Shown: piece after piece, positions 10,484 to 21,000 of the stretch | How the letters are laid out: each line of letters begins with the position of its first letter | How positions within the stretch are numbered: position 1 is the stretch's first letter | Assembly: GCA_964291395.2 (NCBI GenBank) | Contig: OZ219856.1 | Location: forward strand, 928,001-992,000 | Length of the DNA: 64,000 nucleotides | From: Alphaproteobacteria bacterium | Lineage (GTDB): Bacteria; Pseudomonadota; Alphaproteobacteria; UBA2966 | Direction of reading: 5' to 3' | Position numbers and translations under genes: made by a program | Notes under the pieces: generated by a model | What the model saw: only the letters and a program-made list of their open reading frames with translations | Told to the model about the DNA's origin: nothing | The model's database searches: none

Positions 10484-11290
10484 ATGATGGATCTCACCGA
10501 CTACGCGGGCACCCGGCACGAGCGCGCCGGGAAGGGCGCGCGAATCATTTCCCTCGTGCCCAGCATCACCGAGCTCTTGTTCGACCTGGAACTGGCGGGC
10601 AATCTCGTCGGGCGCACCCATTACTGTGTTCACCCCAAGCCGGAGATCGACGATATCCCGAGCGTGGGCGGGACCAAGAAGGTCGTGCTCGATCGCGTGC
10701 GGGATCTCGAACCGACCCACGTCATCGTCAACGTCGATGAAAACACTCGTGAGCAGGTCGAGGCCATCGCCGAACTCGGTCCGGCGATCGTCGTCACCCA
10801 TCCCATCGTGCCCGAAGACAATCTGCGGCTGTTCGGGCTCATCGGCGGCCTGTTCGGTCGCAGGCAGCAGGCCGCGGCACTCGCGGGGGCATTTGAGTCG
10901 GGCCTTGCGGACCTGCACGACGCGGCCACGGGCCTGCCGCGGCGGGATGTCCTCTACTTCATCTGGAAAGAGCCTTGGATGACGGTGTCCGAAGACACCT
11001 ACATCTCGCGGTTCCTGGCCCTCGCGAACTGGCACACGCAGTGTCACGACCCGGGCGCGCGCTACCCCGAAGTCGACGTCACGCCAGAACTCCTCCGTCG
11101 GATCGATCTCGTGCTGTTTTCGAGCGAACCCTACGCCTTCACTTCGTCCGACATCGACGAGTTCCGCGTCTCCCATCCGGTCGGCGGGGCGCGGCTGCTG
11201 CCGATCGACGGCGAGATGACTTCATGGTACGGCAGCCGGGCGATCAACGGGCTGCGGTACCTTCGGCGATTGGCAGAGCGGGTTGTGTAA
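10484..11290 (+). CDS. Helical-backbone metal receptor (BtuF-like) family protein
   Basis: RIISLVPSITELL, VGRTHYCVHP, VGGTKK, SSEPY, IDGEMTSWYGSR. Confidence 0.85.
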   Translation: MMDLTDYAGTRHERAGKGARIISLVPSITELLFDLELAGNLVGRTHYCVHPKPEIDDIPSVGGTKKVVLDRVRDLEPTHVIVNVDENTREQVEAIAELGPAIVVTHPIVPEDNLRLFGLIGGLFGRRQQAAALAGAFESGLADLHDAATGLPRRDVLYFIWKEPWMTVSEDTYISRFLALANWHTQCHDPGARYPEVDVTPELLRRIDLVLFSSEPYAFTSSDIDEFRVSHPVGGARLLPIDGEMTSWYGSRAINGLRYLRRLAERVV

Positions 11291-11307
11291 GGCAAGGAGA
11301 GGCCGTC

Positions 11308-12024
11308 ATGACGATCGATCTCTACTCCTGGGCCGCGCCCAATGGTCACAAGGTGCATATCATGCTCGAGGAGACGGGACTTCCCTACGATGTGCACCCG
11401 GTCAACATTCAGGCGGGCGAGCAGTTCGACCCCGAATTCCTCGCGATCAGCCCGAACAACAAGATCCCGGCGATCGTCGATCCGGAGGGTCCCGGAGGCG
11501 AACCGGTCGCCCTGTTCGAAACAGGTGCCATCCTGGTTTATCTCGGTGAGAAATCGGGTCGGTTCTATCCCGCCGACCCACGCGCCCGCGCCGAGACCTT
11601 GTGCTGGCTCATGTTCCAGATGGGGAGCGTAGGGCCCATGTTCGGCCAGAACCACCACTTCCGACGATACGCCCCCCATCTGGCCGACGATCTCACCTAC
11701 CCGCGGGAGCGCTACGCCAAGGAGACGGCACGTCTTTACGGCGTCATGGACCGGCGCCTCGGAGACTGCGAATGGCTCGCCGGCAAGGACTACACCATCG
11801 CCGATATGGCGACATTCGCCTGGGTCCGGCTGCACGAGCGCCACGACACGGATTTGAACGACTTCCCCAACGTGAAGCGCTGGGCCGACGCGATGGCGGC
11901 GCGTCCCGGCGTGCGGCGCGGCTGCGCGGTTCTGGAAAGCCACATGGCCAAGGTCAACGCCGACCTCGACCCGAAGGTTGCGCTCGAGAACTTTTTCGGT
12001 GCCACCCAGTACACCAAGCGCTAG
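11308..12024 (+). CDS. Glutathione S-transferase, YfcG-like (Nu class)
   Basis: PNGHKVHIMLEE, SPNNKIPAIVD, FETGAIL, WLMFQMG; RBS AGGAG upstream. Confidence 0.93.
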   Translation: MTIDLYSWAAPNGHKVHIMLEETGLPYDVHPVNIQAGEQFDPEFLAISPNNKIPAIVDPEGPGGEPVALFETGAILVYLGEKSGRFYPADPRARAETLCWLMFQMGSVGPMFGQNHHFRRYAPHLADDLTYPRERYAKETARLYGVMDRRLGDCEWLAGKDYTIADMATFAWVRLHERHDTDLNDFPNVKRWADAMAARPGVRRGCAVLESHMAKVNADLDPKVALENFFGATQYTKR

Positions 12025-12100
12025 GCCGTGAATTGGCGCCCCGGGAGGCGAGCCGCTAATCTCGGACCGGGTTTGGAATTGCCGCGGGAGGACGACGGCG

Positions 12101-12814
12101 ATGATCGAGCTGTACACCTGGCCCACGCCCAACGGCGTCAAGATTCACATGATGCTCGAGGAGACCGGTCTCGAGTACAACGTGCATCCCGTCAACATCC
12201 AGAGGGGCGACCAGTTCGATCCCGAGTTCCTGAAACTGAGCCCGAACAACAAGATGCCGGCCATGATCGATACCGATGGGCCGGGTGGCGAGCCGGTCTC
12301 GCTCTTCGAGTCGGGCGCCATGCTCATCTATCTCGGCGAAAAGACCGGGATGTTCTATCCCAAGGACGACCGCCTGCGTTACGAGACGCTGTGCTGGTTG
12401 ATGTTCCAGATGGGCGGGATCGGTCCCATGCTGGGACAGAATCATCATTTCCGCCTACACGCCCGGCAGATGGACCATGAGATCGACTACGCGATCGAGC
12501 GCTACACCAACGAAACCCGGCGTCTATACGGCGTTGTCGACAAACGGCTCACCGACCGCGAATGGCTTGCCGCGGGCGAATACACGATCGCCGACATGTC
12601 GGTCTATCCCTGGCTGCGCTTGCACGAGCGCCAGGGGATGGATCTCGACGATTTTCCCAACCTCAAGAGCTGGTATGACGTCATCGATGCCCGTCCCGCC
12701 TCCAGGGCGGGCGCCGAGATCCTGGTGGCGTACCGGGACGAAGTGAACGCGGAGTTGGATCCCGGGGAAGCGCAGATGAACATGTTCGGCTCCGCGCAGT
12801 ACGCCCGCCGCTAG
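12101..12814 (+). CDS. Glutathione S-transferase, YfcG-like (Nu class)
   Basis: WPTPNG, SPNNKMPA, FESGAML, GPMLGQNHHF. Confidence 0.93.
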   Translation: MIELYTWPTPNGVKIHMMLEETGLEYNVHPVNIQRGDQFDPEFLKLSPNNKMPAMIDTDGPGGEPVSLFESGAMLIYLGEKTGMFYPKDDRLRYETLCWLMFQMGGIGPMLGQNHHFRLHARQMDHEIDYAIERYTNETRRLYGVVDKRLTDREWLAAGEYTIADMSVYPWLRLHERQGMDLDDFPNLKSWYDVIDARPASRAGAEILVAYRDEVNAELDPGEAQMNMFGSAQYARR

Positions 12815-12851
12815 CCCGGATTCGACGCGCGCGGGACGCTCCCGTCACCGC

Positions 12852-13955
12852 CTATATGCCCCGTTTCTGGACGAACCAGTCGAGGGGCATGGGGGTGCCC
12901 CGACCGGCCGCTAGCGCGTTGCGGTAGATGGCGCCGCCGACCGCGGCGAACTGCAGCCCCTGGTTGCCGTGGCAGTAATAGAAACTGATCTGCTCTTCGC
13001 GCGTGCGGCCCGGTGCGCGGCCGGCCACGAGGTCCGTGTACATGGGAAAGGCGCCGGCGTCGATGTGGGCCGCGCCGCCCTCCGGAATCCGCGCCATCTC
13101 CTCCTCGCTGCCGGCGACGAAACCGGCGTAGCTCAGGCCGATGCCGGCGCGGTGGCGCGCGCTTTCCTCGCTCGGGGCCATTGAATGGACGCCCTGGCGC
13201 ACCGCCACGTCGAAGCGCGGGACTGCCTCGGGCGGCACCTCGTTGGTGCCGACGCACACGACGTGCATGCCGGGCTCGAGCCAGTCCGCGTCGAACACGG
13301 GCACGCCGGAGTTGGTGCAGGTGGCGACGATATCGGCGCCCGCCATCGCCGCCCGCGCCGCGTCCACGGGCTCGACCGCGATGCCCAGCCGTTCGCTCAT
13401 CCTTGCCGCGTAGGCCTCGCGGTTGCCGCGGGAAGGGCTGTACACGCGCACGTTCTTGATCGGGCGCACCACACAGATCCCTTCGAGAAAGGTCTGCGCC
13501 ATGCCGCCCGAGCCGATCAGGCATACCGTCTCGGCATCGGAGCGGGATAGGAGCTTGGTTCCAAGCGCGGCCGTGCCTCCCACGCGCATGTGCTGTATCC
13601 AGTTGTCGTTGAGGAGGGCGAGGGGTTCGCCGTTCTCCGAGCTGAATAGCAGAACCACCGCACAGTTCTTGCCGGGCTCCACGGAGTAATTGTCCTCGCG
13701 CCACGAGCCGTCCGCGCGGCGGTCGAACACCATCACCTCCGACATGAAGCGAATGGCGAAGATGCCGTCGAACCAGCCTTCCATCGAGCCGAACCGATAG
13801 TATTCGTTGGTCTTGGAGTTCGGGACGTTCACGTCGGTCTTGGGGCGGTAGATCGCCTGGCCCGAATCGATGGAGCCGAACGCACGCTCGAGCACGTCGA
13901 CGCATTCGGACATCGTGAGCAGTCCCGGCTGCGTGGCATTGTCGATCAGGATCAT
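12852..13955 (-). CDS. Ornithine cyclodeaminase / mu-crystallin family protein
   Basis: GEPLALL, MRVGG, IGSGGMA, ADIVATCTNS, GLQFAAVG. Confidence 0.88.
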   Translation of the reverse strand: MILIDNATQPGLLTMSECVDVLERAFGSIDSGQAIYRPKTDVNVPNSKTNEYYRFGSMEGWFDGIFAIRFMSEVMVFDRRADGSWREDNYSVEPGKNCAVVLLFSSENGEPLALLNDNWIQHMRVGGTAALGTKLLSRSDAETVCLIGSGGMAQTFLEGICVVRPIKNVRVYSPSRGNREAYAARMSERLGIAVEPVDAARAAMAGADIVATCTNSGVPVFDADWLEPGMHVVCVGTNEVPPEAVPRFDVAVRQGVHSMAPSEESARHRAGIGLSYAGFVAGSEEEMARIPEGGAAHIDAGAFPMYTDLVAGRAPGRTREEQISFYYCHGNQGLQFAAVGGAIYRNALAAGRGTPMPLDWFVQKRGI

Positions 13956-14003
13956 CGGGGCCTCTCTTTATCGGTCTGGCGAACGTGGCCGGGTCGGAGG
14001 TCC

Positions 14004-15617
14004 CTAGCCGTGGATGCTCTTCATGCCGAACGCATCGAGAAAGCGCTGCTCGATGGTCGACCATTCCTCGACCCCGCAGGTTTCCTCCCAACGGAGGTAG
14101 TCCCGCTGCAGGCGCTCCTCCAGCGGAGCATTGGCGCCGGCCAGATCGTTGAGCTCGGTGCGGTCGACGTCCATGTCGTAGAGTTCCCAGGGCCGTCCGT
14201 GCCGGCGCACGAGCTTCATGTTGCCGCAACGGATGGCGCTGTTGCCCTCGTGTTCCCAGTAGATGGGTTGCTCCCGCGTCCATGTGCCGGTCTCGAACAA
14301 CGGCAGTAGGGATACGCCGTCCAGCTCCTGGGTCTCGTGCTCGCCGTGGGTGCTCGGATAGGCCGCGCCCGCGACCTCCAAGATGGTGGGCATGATGTCG
14401 ACGACATGCGCCGGTTCGTGAACGATCTCCGGCCTGGCGATGCCGTTCGGCCAATGCACGATCAGCGGTGTCGAGATGCCGCCCTCGTACACCCAGTGCT
14501 TGTACAGGCGGAAGGGCGCGTTGGAGACGTTCGCCCAGGGCAGGTCATAGCTCATGAAGGTCTGGGCGCTGCCCGGTCTGAGCCCCACCCGGTTGCCGAG
14601 CATGATCGGCCGGCCGTCGATGGTCTTTTCGGGGTAGCGTTGCGCGAAGCCGTCCTCTGCCAGGAATTCGGCGCAGCCGCCGTTGTCGGAGAGAAAGAAG
14701 ATCAGCGTGTCATCGAGCTTGCCGAGGCGCTCGAGGCATTGTACGAGGCGCCCGATCGACCGATCCATGCGATCGATCTGGGCGGCGTACACTCCCATGC
14801 GGATGGCTTCCCAGGCGGCGTGTTTCACGTCCGTCCACGCCGGTGCGTCATTGTCCCGGGGTGAGAGGTCCCAGCGGTGGCGCAGGATGCCGCGGGCGTG
14901 CATCTCCTCGTATCTGGCGGCCCGGGTCGCGTCCCATCCCTTCAGATAGACGTCCTCGTACTTGGCGATGGTCTCCTCCGGTGCCTGAAGGGGCCAGTGG
15001 GGTGCGGTATGAGCGAGATAGAGAAAGAAGGGCCGCCGATCTTCGCCGCTCTCGATCATGTCGACGGCTTTGTCGGTAATGGCGTCCGTGAAATAGAAGC
15101 TCTCGGACGTCACCTCGACCCGCTCGTCGTCTTCCATCAGGTAGTGGGGTGAGAAGTAGTTGACGGCGCCGTCGACGATACCGAAGAAGCGGTCGAAGCC
15201 CCGCTGTCGAGGCGTCGGATGTGTCTCGTCGCCGACGATCCACCTGTCCGCCTCACGGGCGACGTAGTTGCCGCCCACGTGCCATTTGCCGGACATCAGC
15301 GTCCGGTAATCCGAGAGGCCGAGCACCTCGGCGATCGTCGGGGCGTCTTCACGGAGGTATCCCTGATAGGCTCGGGAACCCAGGTGCGGGGTCATGTGAC
15401 CCACGCCGGCCTTGTGCGGATAGAGCCCGGTCAGGAGCGACGCCCGGGTTGGACAGCACCGCGAGCAGTTGTACATCGACGAGAGCAAGAGTCCGTTGCG
15501 CGCCAGCGCATCGAGATGAGGGGTCTGGATCTCGGATCCCATGATGCCGAGATCCGAGAATCCCATGTCGTCGACCAGAATGAGAATGACGTTGGGTTTC
15601 GCGGACGGATCAGGCAT
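14004..15617 (-). CDS. Arylsulfatase (Cys-type, formylglycine-dependent)
   Basis: PNVILILVDDMG, CCPTRASLLTG (CxPxR), GKWHVG, SDNG, EGGISTP. Confidence 0.95.
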   Translation of the reverse strand: MPDPSAKPNVILILVDDMGFSDLGIMGSEIQTPHLDALARNGLLLSSMYNCSRCCPTRASLLTGLYPHKAGVGHMTPHLGSRAYQGYLREDAPTIAEVLGLSDYRTLMSGKWHVGGNYVAREADRWIVGDETHPTPRQRGFDRFFGIVDGAVNYFSPHYLMEDDERVEVTSESFYFTDAITDKAVDMIESGEDRRPFFLYLAHTAPHWPLQAPEETIAKYEDVYLKGWDATRAARYEEMHARGILRHRWDLSPRDNDAPAWTDVKHAAWEAIRMGVYAAQIDRMDRSIGRLVQCLERLGKLDDTLIFFLSDNGGCAEFLAEDGFAQRYPEKTIDGRPIMLGNRVGLRPGSAQTFMSYDLPWANVSNAPFRLYKHWVYEGGISTPLIVHWPNGIARPEIVHEPAHVVDIMPTILEVAGAAYPSTHGEHETQELDGVSLLPLFETGTWTREQPIYWEHEGNSAIRCGNMKLVRRHGRPWELYDMDVDRTELNDLAGANAPLEERLQRDYLRWEETCGVEEWSTIEQRFLDAFGMKSIHG

Positions 15618-15893
15618 CGGGACTCCGGGGATCAGCGCGGGGGCGGGGCGCGGCTTGTCGCTTTGCGAAGGTCTAGCACGCCGCCGCATCCGAAGTCCGG
15701 AAATTCGCGGCCGGCCACGCTCGGCGGAAGGTCTTGGGCGATGTCCTCGGAGCAGCGCACGATTTGATCGGCCGGGTATGTGATCCGGTCCGCTGCCGCG
15801 AGCGACGGGGCGTGAAGACTGCGTCACGTTTTTCCTCGTGGGTGTTACGGGTGTCGCGAATCCGTCACATTGGCTTCAGGGGAACGGGTGTCG

Positions 15894-15922
15894 TTGACAG
15901 GCGCAGGGGGCGCTTTTAGATA
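15894..15922 (+). promoter_or_regulatory. Sigma70 promoter of tRNA-Ser
   Basis: TTGACA-17 nt-TAGATA directly upstream of the tRNA. Confidence 0.6.
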
Positions 15923-15945
15923 GGCTCCAATACCGCGTTGAGACC

Positions 15946-16038
15946 GGAGGGATGGCCGAGAGGTCGAAGGCGGCGGTTTGCTAAACCGTAGTACGGTGAC
16001 AAGCTGTACCGAGGGTTCGAATCCCTCTCCCTCCGCCA
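15946..16038 (+). tRNA. tRNA-Ser(GCT)
   Basis: Acceptor stem GGAGGGA/TCCCTCC, anticodon arm GCGGT-TTGCTAA-ACCGT, long variable arm, GGTTCGAATCC T-arm, encoded GCCA end. Confidence 0.97.
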
Positions 16039-16176
16039 CCCACTTGACTAAGTGCTGTCGCAGCCGTTCGGCCCACTCCCGGCGGATCGGACGCCTGGAC
16101 GCGACGCAGGCCGTGACCATGGTGAGAACTTCGGGCTAACATCCTGCCACCGATCACCGGACAGGCGAGGACTGGG

Positions 16177-16680
16177 ATGGTTACAGCGACGAGAATGGCC
16201 CCGGCGTTGATCGCCGGGGCAGCGATGCTGGGTGCGGCGCATATCGTGACGGCGGAGGAGAGCGGCAGCCTCCGCATCATCCGCACCTACGTGCAGGACT
16301 ACACCACCATCGAGCACGGTGATGCGCGCTACACCGGCGGCCCGCTTGAGGGCTCGGTCACTGTCCTTGAGAGCAGCGGTGGCCCGTTCGTCGCGGGCAC
16401 GCACGAGCGGATCACCTGCGTGGTCTATGCAAAGAGCACGGAGGCGGGTATCGACCTCGACGCCCCCTGCACGATGACCGCCCCCTCGGGCGACACGTGG
16501 TACACCCACTCGAAGCGGCGCGCGGGCAATGTCGAGACGGGCGGCGGCGGCCCCGGCACCATGGAGATCCTGGGCGGCACCGGTGTCTACGCCGGAATTA
16601 GCGGCAGCTGCACCTACGACGTCGGCTACATGCCGGACAATTGGGTTGCCATGATCGCCGACTGCACCTGGCAAAGATAG
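16177..16680 (+). CDS. Exported hypothetical protein, beta-rich
   Basis: Signal-peptide-like N-terminus; EILGGTGVYAGISG motif; GC3-rich codons. Confidence 0.75.
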   Translation: MVTATRMAPALIAGAAMLGAAHIVTAEESGSLRIIRTYVQDYTTIEHGDARYTGGPLEGSVTVLESSGGPFVAGTHERITCVVYAKSTEAGIDLDAPCTMTAPSGDTWYTHSKRRAGNVETGGGGPGTMEILGGTGVYAGISGSCTYDVGYMPDNWVAMIADCTWQR

Positions 16681-16882
16681 TGCGGGTAGGCGTAATCCTT
16701 CCGTTCTCGGGTGATGGAGATTTCAGCGATTGAGTGTCCGCTTCCAGTCTCGCCCATGAGCCTTCGCCGGGCGCTGGATCTGCCTCCCAGGCAGGGGCTT
16801 GCGACGGCGCCGCTACCGGCTCGGTCCGATCGTTGAATTCTCCGGTGTCTACGGCGGCGATTGCGGCTGAGTCGCTCCTGGC

Positions 16883-18538
16883 CTAGCGGGGCATCACCGC
16901 CCCTTCCGAGGCGGGCGCCACGGTGTCCGCGTAGTGCTTGAGATAGCCACGCGCGACCCGGGGCGGCATGGGCGCGTACCGGCTCCGGCGCTCCTCCAGC
17001 ACCGCTGGCGCCACGTCCAGGTCCAGTCTGCGTTCCGACAGGTCGATCCGAATCGGATCGCCGTCCTCCACGAGCGCAATCGGCCCGCCGCGCGCCGCCT
17101 CGGGGGTGACGTATCCGATGGCGGGGCCATGGGTGGCGCCCGAGAAGCGCCCATCGGTTACCAGCGCACAGCTGTTACCGAGGCCGGCCCCCATCAACGC
17201 TGAGGTCGCGCCCAGCATCTCCCGCATGCCGGGGCCGCCCCGCGTTCCCTCGTTTCGAATCACGACGCAGGTGCCAGGCTGGATCCGACCGCCGCGTAGC
17301 GCATCGATCGCGCCTTCCTCGTCCTCGAAGACCCGGGCCGGCAACACGGCATCCCACATTTCCCGGGCGACCCCCGAGGCTTTGACTACCGCTCCTCCAG
17401 GCGCGAGGCTGCCCCTGAGGATGTAGATCGAGCCTTCCGCCTCCACCGGATCGTTCCTGCGACGAATGCAGTCCCGGTTCCCGATTTCGGCTTGGCGGAT
17501 CAGATCTCCCGTCGTCTTGCCGCTGACGGTCACGGTGTCGGTGTGGATCAGGCCTTCGAGCGCCTTCATGACCGCCGGCACGCCGCCGGCATCGCCGAAG
17601 TCCGTCACTCCCCACGGCCCCGATGGAGCAAGCTTGACCAACGTCGGCGTCTCGCGGCTCAGCCGGTCCCAGGTGTCGAAAGTCACCTCAACGCCGGCCT
17701 CCTTCGCCATGGCGATCATGTGCAGCACCATGTTGGTGGAACCGCCGACGGTCAGGCCCACACGCATGGCGTTCTCGAATGCGTCCTGCGTCAGGATCCG
17801 GGAGGGACGGACGTCGTCCTTCACCAGCTCCATGATCCGCATGCCGGTGTACTTGGCGGCACGGAGCTGGTGGTTGCTGCCCGCCGGAAGAGTACCGCTG
17901 TTCGGCAGCGCCAGCCCCAGGGCCTCGGTGTAGATGCCGGCGGTGTTGCCGGACGTAGCGGTGTCGCAGGCGCCTGCGAAGGGGAAGTGGTGGTCTTCGA
18001 GACCCTTGAGGTCCCGTTCGGAGAGCTTGCCCCGCAGGTGCTCGCCGACGCCGTCGTAAACGGTCTCGAGAAAGACTTTCCGGTTCTTGTAGATCCCCGC
18101 CCGGGTCGGCCCGCCATAGAGCAGGATGGAGGGGAGGTCGAGGCGGGCGGCCGCCATCACCATCCCGGGCACAACCTTGTCTCCCGAGCCGATCAGCACC
18201 ATCGCGTCGAAGCGGTGGCCCTCGACCATCAGCTCGATCATGTCGGCCACGAGGTCGCGGCTCGGAAGTACGTAGCGCATGCCGACCGAGGCGAAGGTCT
18301 CTGAGTCGGTGACGTGGAAGGTGTTGAACTCGCAGGGCGTGCCGCCGGCCATGCGGATGCCCGCCTTGACCGCATCCCCCACCTGCCGGAGATGGATGTT
18401 CTCGGGCGAGAATTCCTGGCAGGTGTTCACGACCGCGATCATCGGCCGCTCGAACTCCTCGTCGATCAGCCCGGCGCCCTTGGCCCAGGCACGCTGCAAA
18501 GAGCGCTCGATCCCGAGATATTGTTCGTCGCTCCGCAT
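16883..18538 (-). CDS. Dihydroxy-acid dehydratase (IlvD/Edd) family protein, atypical
   Basis: [50 protein letters not shown]; CDK motif reads GDK. Confidence 0.93.
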   Translation of the reverse strand: MRSDEQYLGIERSLQRAWAKGAGLIDEEFERPMIAVVNTCQEFSPENIHLRQVGDAVKAGIRMAGGTPCEFNTFHVTDSETFASVGMRYVLPSRDLVADMIELMVEGHRFDAMVLIGSGDKVVPGMVMAAARLDLPSILLYGGPTRAGIYKNRKVFLETVYDGVGEHLRGKLSERDLKGLEDHHFPFAGACDTATSGNTAGIYTEALGLALPNSGTLPAGSNHQLRAAKYTGMRIMELVKDDVRPSRILTQDAFENAMRVGLTVGGSTNMVLHMIAMAKEAGVEVTFDTWDRLSRETPTLVKLAPSGPWGVTDFGDAGGVPAVMKALEGLIHTDTVTVSGKTTGDLIRQAEIGNRDCIRRRNDPVEAEGSIYILRGSLAPGGAVVKASGVAREMWDAVLPARVFEDEEGAIDALRGGRIQPGTCVVIRNEGTRGGPGMREMLGATSALMGAGLGNSCALVTDGRFSGATHGPAIGYVTPEAARGGPIALVEDGDPIRIDLSERRLDLDVAPAVLEERRSRYAPMPPRVARGYLKHYADTVAPASEGAVMPR

Positions 18539-18610
18539 GCCTGCTCCCCGGAAATTCCCGATCCGAGGAAGCGGTGACCGCACGGTCCGCCTCCTCGCAC
18601 GATGTGGGTG

Positions 18611-18648
18611 TGACCTGCCCTATTGGGTAGTCCGGTTTCAATGTTAGT
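18611..18648 (-). mobile_element. Orphan IS3-family right end
   Basis: TGACCTGCCC...GTCCGGTTTCAATGTTAGT aligns with the IS end at 40630. Confidence 0.7.
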
Positions 18649-18759
18649 TGAGCTCTGTCGGTGAGGCCATAGCGCTATCTGCTGCTGTCGCTGGCACATG
18701 ATCTGTCCGGTTAGGTGTCTCCGTGAGGAGGAGGCTGGATGAACCGGACGATGTGGCTA

Positions 18760-18941
18760 CGGGAGCGCAGGAGTACGTCGATGCCTACCTCGAGGTAGCA
18801 AACATTACCGAGGACCGCCGCGGGCCTCTGTTCCGGCGTACGGGGCCGGGTCCGCGCGATGCGCTTCTCGAGGAGGGTCTGACGCGGCATGCGGATCTGC
18901 CCGCGGAGATCTGCGCGCACAGCTTTCGGGGGACGGGAATC
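18760..18941 (+). pseudogene. Tyrosine recombinase remnant, internally deleted
   Basis: AQEYVDAYLE...GPLFR...LPAEICAHSFRGTGI (HxxR box); lacks N-terminus and catalytic Tyr. Confidence 0.75.
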
Positions 18942-18947
18942 CGGCGG

Positions 18948-18973
18948 AAACAGCTCAGGCTTGGGTCTGTGCC
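18948..18973 (+). repeat. 26-bp direct repeat, copy 1 (pair with 21096-21121)
   Basis: AAACAGCTCAGGCTTGGGTCTGTGCC, 25/26 identical to copy 2. Confidence 0.9.
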
Positions 18974-18988
18974 GCCCTTTATGCGTCG

Positions 18989-20494
18989 TTAGAAAACGAA
19001 GCTGAGCCCGAAGAACACCAGCGCCGCCAGCACCGCGGTTGCCGGCACGGTGACGATCCAGGCCGCCACGATCGTGAGGAAATGCGCCCGGCGGACGAGC
19101 TTGCGATGCTGCAGCACCTCCGGCGCCAGCCCGTTGTTGGCATTGAGACCATTGTCGCCGCGTCCGCGCCGCACCATCTCTCGGCGTCGGCGACTGCGCC
19201 GGGTGTAGATCTCGCGGAAAAAGCCGACGCCGAACACCGCGCCGACGGCGATGTGGGTGGAGCTGACCGGCAGCCCCAGCCACGAGGCGATGATCACCGT
19301 GATCGCCGCCGACTGTGCCACGCAATAGGCCCGCATCGGGTTCATCTTGGTGATCTTCTCGCCGACCATGCGCACCACCTTGGGTCCGTAGAGAAACAAC
19401 CCCAGGCTGATGCCGAAGGCGCCGATCATCATGATCCAGGCCGGCACCGCGACCTTGCCGGCAACGTCGCCGAACTGGGTGCTGTGCAGGATCGCGGCAA
19501 GCGGCCCGATGGCATTGGCGACGTCGTTCGCGCCATGCGCGAACGACAGCAACGCCGCCGCACAGATCAGCGGAATGCGAAACAGCGTCCGCAGCGACTG
19601 GTTGCGGTTCTCCATGCCTTCGGACTGGCGGCGAATCAGCGGCTGCACGACCAACCAGACGACGGCAAACACGGCAATGCCGATCAGCGAGACGGTCACT
19701 GCGTCGGGCTTCCACATCCGCTTGAAGCCCTTGATGGCGAGATAGGTGGTAAAGGCGCCGGCCATGATCGCCACCAGCAGCGGCACCCACCGGCGCGCGG
19801 CCGCGATCTTGTCCTCCTGGTAGATCACATTGGTCTTTATGAACGCGAGAAACATCGCCGCGATGATCCCGCCCAGCACCGGCGATATCACCCAACTCGC
19901 CGCGATGGCGCTGAGCGTGCCCCAGTTGACGAGCTGGAAACCGACCGCCGCGATCCCGGCTCCCATGACGCCGCCGACCACTGCGTGGGTGGTTGAAACC
20001 GGTGCGCCGATGAAGGTCGCGAGGTTGATCCAGATCGCCGCGGAGAGCAGCGCGGCCATCATCGCCCACACGAACGTTCTGGTATCGGAGACCAGCGATG
20101 GATCGATGATGCCCTTCGATATGGTCGCCACCACGTCGCCGCCCGCGATCAGCGCGCCCGCGCTTTCGAAGATGGCCGCGATGATCAAGGCGCCGACCAT
20201 GGTCAGCGCCCGCGAGCCAACCGCGGGACCGACATTGTTGGCGACGTCGTTGGCGCCGATGTTCAGCGCCATGTAGCCGCCGAGGATGGCGCCGAACACC
20301 ACGATCGCGGCATCGGCCGTGACGCCGGAGTAGACCCCGGCAACCAGCGCCGACAGGCCCAGGAACAGGAGCGCCATGCTGTGGGGTATGACGCCGGTGC
20401 CGGTCGTGCGCGCCGCCGCCTCGACGTGAACGATTTTCTCGAGGTCCTTATCGAGGGAGGGCTTTACAAGGTCCGTGGATGGACGGTTCGACAT
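18989..20494 (-). CDS. Inorganic phosphate transporter, PiT family
   Basis: Two GANDVAN motifs, PVSTTH and PVSSTH. Confidence 0.96.
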   Translation of the reverse strand: MSNRPSTDLVKPSLDKDLEKIVHVEAAARTTGTGVIPHSMALLFLGLSALVAGVYSGVTADAAIVVFGAILGGYMALNIGANDVANNVGPAVGSRALTMVGALIIAAIFESAGALIAGGDVVATISKGIIDPSLVSDTRTFVWAMMAALLSAAIWINLATFIGAPVSTTHAVVGGVMGAGIAAVGFQLVNWGTLSAIAASWVISPVLGGIIAAMFLAFIKTNVIYQEDKIAAARRWVPLLVAIMAGAFTTYLAIKGFKRMWKPDAVTVSLIGIAVFAVVWLVVQPLIRRQSEGMENRNQSLRTLFRIPLICAAALLSFAHGANDVANAIGPLAAILHSTQFGDVAGKVAVPAWIMMIGAFGISLGLFLYGPKVVRMVGEKITKMNPMRAYCVAQSAAITVIIASWLGLPVSSTHIAVGAVFGVGFFREIYTRRSRRRREMVRRGRGDNGLNANNGLAPEVLQHRKLVRRAHFLTIVAAWIVTVPATAVLAALVFFGLSFVF

Positions 20495-20506
20495 GTACGG
20501 ATCCGG

Positions 20507-20983
20507 TCAGGTTGGCACGGCGGCGCCGTCGATGGCGGCCACGGCGGCGCGGAGGCGCGCGCCATCGTCGCCCGCGAGTTCGGTGAGCAGACGGGCAAGA
20601 TCGCGATGCTCGACCATCGCGGCGACGTCGGCAAGCCTGCCCCAGCGCCGCTGCCGCTCGTGCTGCTCCAGCCACGACAGCAGATGCAGCTCGACCAGCA
20701 GCGGAAACACGAACACCAGGCAGTGCACTCGGTAACCCTGGCGCACCTCCTTGTCGTAGTTGTAGGAGCCGATCGGCGTTTCGTGCAGGCGGCCGACAAC
20801 GCCAGCTTCCTCCTCGGCCTCGCGGCGCGCCGTCTGCGCCAGGTCCCGCCCACCGGGCGGCCATCCTTTCGGCAGCAGCCACCGTCCGCCGCCGCGCGAG
20901 GTGATCAGCAGCACTTCGAATCCGTCGGCGATCGGAACGAACGGCAGCGTCGCGACCTGCTGGACTGGCCTGGAAAAGAGCAC
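20507..20983 (-). CDS. NUDIX hydrolase
   Basis: VLLITSRG, WLLPKGW, ARREAEEEAGV Nudix box. Confidence 0.9.
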   Translation of the reverse strand: MLFSRPVQQVATLPFVPIADGFEVLLITSRGGGRWLLPKGWPPGGRDLAQTARREAEEEAGVVGRLHETPIGSYNYDKEVRQGYRVHCLVFVFPLLVELHLLSWLEQHERQRRWGRLADVAAMVEHRDLARLLTELAGDDGARLRAAVAAIDGAAVPT

Positions 20984-21000
20984 TGTGGAGTGGCTCGAAT

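Noticed and set aside
16020-16038. attR duplicate of the tRNA 3' end
   Set aside because: No second copy seen in the window; CTCTCCCTCC near 27189 is too short and lies in coding sequence
15946-16038. tRNA-Sec because of the long variable arm
   Set aside because: Anticodon is GCT and the acceptor stem is 7 bp
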